DNA of 63,474 nucleotides from Octopus bimaculoides. Lineage: Eukaryota. The stretch's first letter is position 1; each line of letters begins with the position of its first letter. This document shows positions 55,735 through 63,474 of the stretch, in pieces. The stretch is taken from the NCBI RefSeq assembly GCF_001194135.2, contig NC_068991.1:13662145-13725618 (forward strand), in the 5' to 3' direction. Under the pieces are notes generated by a model. The model was not told where the DNA came from, did no database searches, and saw only the letters and a list, made by a program, of their open reading frames with translations. The position numbers and the translations under genes were made by a program.

Positions 55735-56133
55735 CAAACAAGCAGACAGACAGACAGATAGATAGCTGGATAGATAAATAATCAGAAAGAGAGATGCAGA
55801 GAGGGGTGTTAGAGNNNNNNNNNNNNNNNNNNNNNNNNNNNNNNNNNNTGTATTAGAGACAGATGCTGCATTTTCATCGAAATTTTCATCAAAAATTTTC
55901 ATTAAAATTTTCATCCATATCTATATATATGTGTGTTTGTGTGTGTGTGTGTGTGTATACTACATACATGTATGTCTATTGCTTTAAATTTACAGAACGC
56001 TACCCGCTTACACGGAAGATGGAGCTTAATGTAAGTACAATTAACAGCCGCATGCAGAACGGTACTTTTGTCGCCGATCTAGCGCACCCATTTCCACTCT
56101 ATATGTACGTACGTACGTATGTATGTATATCTC

Positions 56134-56180
<47 letters not shown>

Positions 56181-56194
56181 ATATATATATATAT

Positions 56195-56470
56195 ATATAT
56201 CTTTTATCGTTTATGGGTTTCAACCAGAGGATGATGCCATGCTGGTGCACTGCCTTTACTGCATCCGGGAATTGTTTCAGTATTGCTTCTAGTGAAGTAG
56301 CGAATTTGACATTGCCGCTCTTCGTTGTGCCTCCTGCCGCGATGTGGGTTCATCCGGAATTGCAGATAAAATGCTGTCAGACGTTTTTTGAAGACTTCCA
56401 CATAACAAATACCTCCTTTGCTCTCTGTCTCCAAATAATGACTCTTTTTATAAATCGTTGCTAAAATGTT
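56195..56470 (-). mobile_element. CR1/L2-type LINE 3' end
   Basis: Frameshifted VFKKRL / LSAIPDEPTSRQEAQRRAAMSNSLLH, typical of the invertebrate CR1 RT C-terminus, followed by a microsatellite tail. Confidence 0.7.
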
Positions 56471-56660
56471 CAAGATAACAATTAATTTGATAAACGAGAA
56501 CAATAAATCTTACAGTTTCCTGAATGGATATAAACTATATAATATACCTGGTAAAATCTCAATGAAAGATACAAATTGTTAAAATGATTATAATTTTGCG
56601 GACCATTTACCTCATCCAAAAACATTTGAAATCTTGTGCTTAATATTTTCGACAGTGTAG

Positions 56661-56733
56661 ATGAAAATATTAAAAATTGTAATTCTGAAGACGAAGCTAA
56701 TAGTCTGAAAAACTATAATCGTATTATCTTCAG
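56661..56733 (+). CDS. Candidate exon (D-ENIKNCNSEDEANSLKNYNRIIF)
   Basis: Tandem acceptors (exon starts 56656 or 56661), strong donor CAG|gtatgt; only one open frame; phase 1 to 2 from 56661. Confidence 0.5.
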
Positions 56734-56855
56734 GTATGTCTGATGACATAAATTTCTTAAATAGCCGATTAATAGACAGCTTTATTATATTATTATATTT
56801 GTTTATTAATCTCTCTCTGTCACACATACACACACACACTCTCTCTCTCTCTCTC

Positions 56856-56907
<52 letters not shown>

Positions 56908-57276
56908 NNNNNNNNNNNNNNNNNNNNNNNNNNNNNNNNNNNNNNNNNNNNNNNNNNNNNNNNNNNNNNNNNNNNNNNNNNNNNNNNNNNNNNNNNNNNN
57001 NNNNNNNNNNNNNNNNNNNNNNNNNNNNNNNNNNNNNNNNNNNNNNNNNNNNNNNNNNNNNNNNNNNNNNNNNNNNNNNNNNNNNNNNNNNNNNNNNNNN
57101 NNNNNNNNNNNNNNNNNNNNNNNNNNNNNNNNNNNNNNNNNNNNNNNNNNNNNNNNNNNNNNNNNNNNNNNNNNNNNNNNNNNNNNNNNNNNNNNNNNNN
57201 NNNNNNNNNNNNNNNNNNNNNNNNNNNNNNNNNNNNNNNNNNNNNNNNNNNNNNNNNNNNNNNNNNNNNNNNNNNN

Positions 57277-57319
<43 letters not shown>

Positions 57320-57924
57320 TACGGGTGCTACAAGTGGCACCACCATGCTAAATATAACAGCTAGAAGACGACTACAACCAAAGATTTTCACTGATACACA
57401 TTAACTAAAATCGGGGGAAATGAGCAGAAATTCTACGCCCCCGTAGCAATAACGGAAAGAATCGTAAATTGAAAAAGCCAGACATACCCGTATCGCCACT
57501 ACTTGAAACTTTGTGAAAATGTCACTTAGTTGTCCTCAACGAGTCCTACTGACCCAAGGGTCATAGAAACTGCCCATCTAAACAATGTGCCTCATGACCG
57601 TTTATAATGCCGCAGCAACTTAAAAAAGGTGATCGAAGTGAAAAATAAATTATAAAAATATACATAAAGGTATCATTATTTATTATAATATCTAGCAGTA
57701 TAGCATGCTTAAATAACCATCAAGGTAATACCATAAGGTAAAAATTATTAATTAATAATTAAGGGTGCTACAAGTGACACCAGCACGCTAAAAATAGCAG
57801 CCAGTAGATAACTACGACAATAGATTTTTACTGATACACATTAATTAAAATCAGCGGAATGAGTAGAAATTTTTAGACCCCGTATCAATAACGAAAGGAA
57901 TCGTAAATAATAACAAGTGGTATA

Positions 57925-58050
57925 GCCGAGGTTGACTTTGCCTTTCATCCTTTCGGGGTCGATAAATTAAGTACCAGTTGTGTATTGGGTCGATCTAATT
58001 GACTGGCCCACTCCCCCAAAATTTCGGGCCTTGTGCCTAGAGTAGAAAAC
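57925..58050 (+). mobile_element. SINE family B, 5'-truncated
   Basis: Near-consensus core and tail. Confidence 0.85.
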
Positions 58051-58904
58051 ATATTTATCCCATTATTTGGGTAATTATATTGATGTTTGTCTTTAGCTGT
58101 TGAACAACAGTGAAATACGCCCAAAGTTATTTCCTTGTGACTTGTTCCCATCTTAATTGCATCTAGTTATCTCGTCTATGCCCCATGCATTAAATACATT
58201 ACCGTTAATTCAACATAGTACATATTTTTTCTACTTATTTCTTGTCAACTTTTTAATGCCCCTTTGATTGAATATGATAAAAATAACCCGACTACTATCT
58301 CCCTCTCTCGCCTTGTAGTTATCTGTCGTTAGCTATTTAATACACCCTACAAGACATAAATTAACAATTACTTAATTATCTCCCAGCTTCACCACATAAT
58401 TATTTCTATATAGTTATCTAATATCCTTTACATTAAGTGTGTTAACGCTAAGTTTATCTGTGCCTCGTCACATAGTTATTTCTTAATTAACTGTTTGAAT
58501 ATTCATTACATTTAGATATGTTGGTCACTAATTTAACTATCTATCCATTTTAACACATAATTACTACTAGATAGTTATTTACTACTCTCTAAACTAAATA
58601 TATTAATACTAACTTTATCTCTCCGTCTCGTCGCATAATTATTTCTAGTTAGCTACTTAAATATTCGTTACATAACATTAATTATGTTAAAATTAAATCA
58701 AGTATCTGTCTGCTTCGCCACTTCCTTGATTAACCCCATCTCTCTCTTTCTCTCTCACCACATATTTATAATTAACTAATTAGTAACTATTAACTATTCT
58801 GTGCACTTCACATTACACATGTTAACACTAACTTCACTACTTCACAACGTAGTTACTTCTAATTAATGGTACTCTCTGTAATAATTGTTAACAACAGGTT
58901 ACAT

Positions 58905-59100
58905 ATTGGTTTCAAATTTTGCACAAGGCCAGCAATTTCAAGGAAGTGAGCAAGTCAATTACATCGACCCCAGTACTCAACTGGTACTTATTTTACCGAA
59001 CACGAAAGGATGAAAGGCATAGTCGACCTCAGTGGAATTTGAACTCAGAACGGAAAGGAGGACAAAATACCGGTGCGGTAACGATTCAGCCAGCTCACCT
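58905..59100 (-). mobile_element. SINE family B copy
   Basis: Reverse-complement match. Confidence 0.85.
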
Positions 59101-59109
59101 ACTTAAAAG

Positions 59110-59355
59110 AAAACGTTAGAAACGTTACCCCGCCGGGCAGAAACGCAACCCTGCCGGGCGAAATGCTTAGCAGTATTTCGTCTGTCTTTGCGTTCCGAGT
59201 TCAAATTCCGCCGAGGTCGACTTTGCCTTTCATCCTTTCAGGGTCGATAAATTAAGTACCAGTTACGCACTGGGGTCGATGTAATCGACTTAATCCCTTT
59301 GTCTGTCCTTGATTGTCCCCGCTATGTTTAGCCCCTTGTGGGCAATAAAGAAATG
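59110..59355 (+). mobile_element. SINE family B variant with a different 3' tail
   Basis: Consensus core, then cttaatccctttgtctgtcc...gccccttgtgggcaataaagaaat. Confidence 0.8.
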
Positions 59356-60167
59356 ATAAAATTAAATATTACTCACAAGATATCGGTTACTGATATTCTT
59401 CGACGAATTGGATCAGAAAATATTGGTTTCAAATGTTGCCAGCTGACCGCCAAAGTGGACGAGAGAATATTAACACTGAGAAATATACTCCACATATTTA
59501 CGTAACAACAATCTGTATTCTGTCACGAGGTTCAAAAAAGGGGTACCCTAAAAATAATGTAGGCACCAACTAGCAGGAGCACGTATACAATGAAGACCAA
59601 TGAAGAGCATTGTTCTAAACGAACGGCGCAATGTTCAGTTGTAGTTAAGCTTCCTTGGTGTCATATTGACCAGGACAATACAGAAGAAAGCCAATGCTAT
59701 AGAAGCAATCAATGAGATATTCAGAGATACCCACACGAAAGCACATAAGATACATCCTGTAATCAATACAGCCGTTTTCTTTGTAGATTTATATTCGCAA
59801 ATATAAATGAAAGACTTCAAACGCAATTGTGACTCAGAGGTACAAATACTACAATACAACAGAGACGAGAAAACAGTCAAAACAAAAGCTTAAATAAAAT
59901 ATAAACAGTAGATAATATCATTAACTAACCAAAATAAATATAATAGACTAAAACAGAAGATTTCCAGGGAAATTTTGATGGTTTGCACGAGCCTATATTA
60001 TATGCGTAATGTTCGCAAAGCACGCAAAAAATATTTTGCCGAAAGGAAGAGAAGTGTAATGTATTGGATATAAACCTTTTGACGAAGTGAGATGAAAGAA
60101 TTCTGTACGAAAAAATTAGTTTTCTCCACTTCCTAACGGTTAAATATAATATTTTTCCACATTGCGA

Positions 60168-60220
<53 letters not shown>

Positions 60221-60674
60221 TGTATGTATGTATATATGTATGCATGTATGTATATATGTATGTATATATACGCAATGACAATAGTTATGGCAGTGTTGTT
60301 AAGAGATGTAATGCCAGATAGCGATTATATGGCAAAAGTACAGCTGCTACGTGTATAGTTACAAGGAACTATTACTATCCTCCTCCTCCTCCTCCTCTTA
60401 TTCTATCGTATCTTTTGCCGAACCGCTAAATTACGGGAACGTAAACACACCAATAGCGGTTGTCAAGCGGTGGTGGCGGACAAAAACAGACACAAAGATA
60501 CATACACATAAATACACATACACACACACATATACACACACACGTACTGGAGGTCGATCTGTTCAACTACACACTTCAAAGGGTGCTTCATCACGGTCGT
60601 AGTCCAATCACTAAAACAAGTAAGAGATAAAGGACCTTTACTTCACCATCTTCAACATAATCTTCTCTTATAAG

Positions 60675-60854
60675 AAATATTGTACACTCCATACGAGCCA
60701 ATTTACTCTCTTCATTGGTCACTATCCATACCAACGTTAGTAGTTTCATTAAATCTAATATTGCTTCTAGCTACATCGTTATTTACTTTGGGAAATTTAT
60801 GCCTTTCCCATGGCACTTATAACAGATTAAGGCTCTGTAGCTTATTATTTTGTG
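60675..60854 (+). CDS. Weak candidate transmembrane exon (ILYTPYEPIYSLHWSLSIPTLVVSLNLILLLATSLFTLGNLCL...)
   Basis: Acceptor tcttctcttataag, donor GTG|gtaaca; 180 nt, phase 1-1. Confidence 0.2.
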
Positions 60855-61200
60855 GTAACACCATGTGATATATTGTGTTCTTGGTTTTCTCATAACATGC
60901 TAAATGAAAATTTAACCTTTCCGATGCAAAATGTTATCAGCTGAAAATGTCTGCGCTCTCACAATCAGCCGTCCGTTATTTATTTTTCTGTGAAAAAGAA
61001 AATAAAGAGCTTGACATACAGACAACAAAAGAAAACGGCTTCAAGCGTTAATCTCTTGTTTGTTAGTGTTTCTGTTGTTTTCCAGGTTTTACTACTAAAG
61101 AAGAGTAGTTTTTCAATGCAAGCTTTTTGATAAAGGGAAATTTTATTGTCGTAAAATATTACGCATGTTAATTGGCGTTTTTGAAAAAAAACTCACTTCT

Positions 61201-61233
<33 letters not shown>

Positions 61234-61243
61234 NNNNNNNNNN

Positions 61244-61274
<31 letters not shown>

Positions 61275-62613
61275 CGTTGTTACATCTGAAATAACAGAAA
61301 CGTGTGGCAATAAGAAGTTGAGCTACTGAGGTGGTAAATATATGATTGTGAATTTCGGCAAACTTGATTTTGGTTTTTAGATTATTGACTTTTTTGTTGT
61401 AGGGAATTAGAAATAAGGGTATAGCCCTCCCACGTCACGAGTGGAATGATCCAGTCACTAAGAGTAAGTTGCCGTCGGGCAGTATCGATAGAGAATGGAG
61501 AGTACGGAGTACGTGAGTACGTGTAGACTGTTGATAGCCGTGTCGGTACTGATATAGTAATTATACTCTGCTACTAAGTAATTATACTCTGCTACTATTA
61601 TCCCTTTTCGGGATAATAACACTGTACGACTGTGGGTCGTACAGTTCCAGACAGAAAGAATTTATCGACGACTTAGGAATCGGTCAGAGCGACAACCGTC
61701 GTCAAAAGACAGATGCAATAGTGGCGAAAGACCGATTTATAATATTTTTAGACTCAAAATTTCGGAAATAATTCCACAAATTGTCAAATCTCATTGAAAG
61801 TAATCTCTTAAAATTGAAAGATCCGCCAATTAAAAACTAATTACACGAAAAATTTAGATAGCAAAATTCAACTGAATAACCTTTTCCTGACAATGCATCC
61901 ATCTTCTTTTAGAGATATACATTACATTATTCGTTACAGTTATGAGGAGATAATATTCTAGCATGTCTCCCTGAACTACGCTTTAAGATGTCGCAAATTC
62001 CCAAATTTAGTACAGTTACAAGACAGGGTACGACTCCATGTATTGACATTAGAGTACAACAACATAATAGTATTATTAAATGAATTTGGCACAGCAGGAA
62101 AACTTAAAATATCTTAAATTAATTGTTATTCCATTGTTGTAGCTTCCCAGGTTACTATTTCAAATGCCATAGAAAAGTGTGTAAGCTATCGTTCTTTTCA
62201 AGTGGCGGGCGTCGATGCATATTTCTAGAGACAGTATGTATCTAGTAATATTTCTATTTGGCCTGAAGCCAGACTGGGAAACTAAGGAACAATTCCTGCA
62301 TTCTCGTTCTTCTTAGTATTATGAGTAACACTCGATTAAAGAGATTCGCACCGGTGCACATGAATGATAATCTTCATTGATATTCTAGGATTTCTACGGT
62401 TATGAACAAATAGATAACGTAGTAGTAACAGTAGTAACAGCAGCAGTAGCAGCAGAAGCATCAGTAGTAGTAGTAGTAGTATTTGTAGTAGTAGTATTTG
62501 TAGTAGTAGTAGTAGTAGTCGTCAGCGAAATCGTAGTCATTCCTCATATATATATATATATATATATACATTTACATACATACAAACACACACACACACA
62601 ATATATATATTTA

Positions 62614-62780
62614 GGCGCAGGAGTGGCTGTGTGGTAAGTAGTTTGCTTACCAACCACATGGTTCCGGGTTCATTCCCACTGCATGGCACCTTGGGCAAGT
62701 GTCTTCTACTATAGCCTCGGGACAACCAAAGCCTTGTGAGTGGATTTGGTAGACGGAAACTGAGAGAACCCCGTCGTATA
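62614..62780 (+). mobile_element. SINE family A head and body, young
   Basis: ggcgcaggagtggctgtgtggtaag...gggttcattccc...caccttgggcaagtgtcttc. Confidence 0.9.
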
Positions 62781-62825
<45 letters not shown>

Positions 62826-62848
62826 GTGTGTATGTATGTATGTATACC

Positions 62849-63086
62849 CAGGGTGAGCCAAAAGAACGTTTACAGTTATTACTTAGGCACTATAAATATC
62901 TTTTAAAGCATTTTATTACATTTAAATTTCTATCTTATTATTAACATAGAATAATTAGCATAGAATAATGGTTTCATATATTTTTCATAATTAAGATCTA
63001 AGCTGTTAATATATGAATGCAAAAGAGGTAGTTGAATAACTGTAAACCTACTTTTTGGCCACCCTGTACACTTTTTGGCCACCTTG
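62849..63086. mobile_element. Tc1/mariner-type MITE with duplicated right TIR
   Basis: CAGGGTGAGCCAAAA ... TTTTTGGCCACCCTG-TA, then a second ctttttggccaccttg-TA. Confidence 0.7.
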
Positions 63087-63100
63087 TATTGAAAGATAGA

Positions 63101-63257
63101 GATAAGGAAATAATTTCATTCTTAAACGTAGGATAATGCTAATAATATAGCATGAACAAGATAAATTATCCCTATTCTGCAAAATATGGATAGTTTATCT
63201 GTTCATGCTATATTATTAGCATTATCCTACGTTTGAGAATGAAATTATTTCCTTATC
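63101..63257. repeat. Long near-perfect inverted repeat (about 70-bp arms, about 16-nt loop)
   Basis: gataaggaaataatttcattcttaaacgtaggataatgctaataatatagcatgaaca... mirrored by its reverse complement. Confidence 0.9.
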
Positions 63258-63260
63258 CGT

Positions 63261-63308
<48 letters not shown>

Positions 63309-63474
63309 ATATATTGTTGTATTTCGGGATGGTCATTGTTTTGCCAAGTAAAAACAACGCACTATATATATTTGTTCTTTACTCATTTCTTCTTGTTCTT
63401 AGGAGTAAGTGAATGGAGCTAGTGAAGCAAAAGCACACACGAAAGAGAAGAATATCGCTGAAGAGGTCACAGAT

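Noticed and set aside
56612-56839. Minus-strand ORF resembling a GPCR TM7 (NIFIYTV)
   Set aside because: Antisense to a better-supported plus exon; similarity is only a few residues
59635-59880. Minus-strand hydrophobic ORF
   Set aside because: T-rich strand mimics TM helices, and there is no partner exon
60790-60830. Minus-strand CYKCHGKG as a zinc knuckle
   Set aside because: Lacks the His and final Cys; frame stops immediately
61430-61437. CCACGTCA (UPRE/CRE-like) site
   Set aside because: Single 8-mer without a defined promoter

Overview
AT-rich, gap-ridden eukaryotic genomic DNA dominated by microsatellites and SINEs. The repeat repertoire suggests a coleoid cephalopod, most likely Octopus (inference). 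No prokaryotic features and no intact long ORF; most of the supplied ORF track is translated microsatellite or N-gap. Supported content: (1) many copies of at least four tRNA-headed SINE families; (2) decayed Tc1/mariner (DD34D, DD34E, DD37D-like) transposase pieces, hAT-type MITEs, RTE and CR1-type LINE fragments; (3) a fragmented Penelope-like reverse transcriptase (Naiad-like, 15.9-17.7 kb, minus) split by SINEs; (4) a degenerate tRNA-Leu(CAA) fused to a SINE tail; (5) a candidate plus-strand spliced gene of small phase-1 exons (48-57 kb, possible 5' exons at 24-31 kb) encoding an unidentified signal-peptide/membrane glycoprotein. The most notable observation is a set of sequence-unrelated type I hammerhead-ribozyme-like cassettes. 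One is near-intact (54593-54691), and several have branched stem II or minimal dimer-type architecture. Most point 3'-ward into (TA)n microsatellites, suggesting several families of ribozyme-carrying non-autonomous retroelements or Penelope pLTRs. All structures and alignments were done by eye, and repeat boundaries are approximate.
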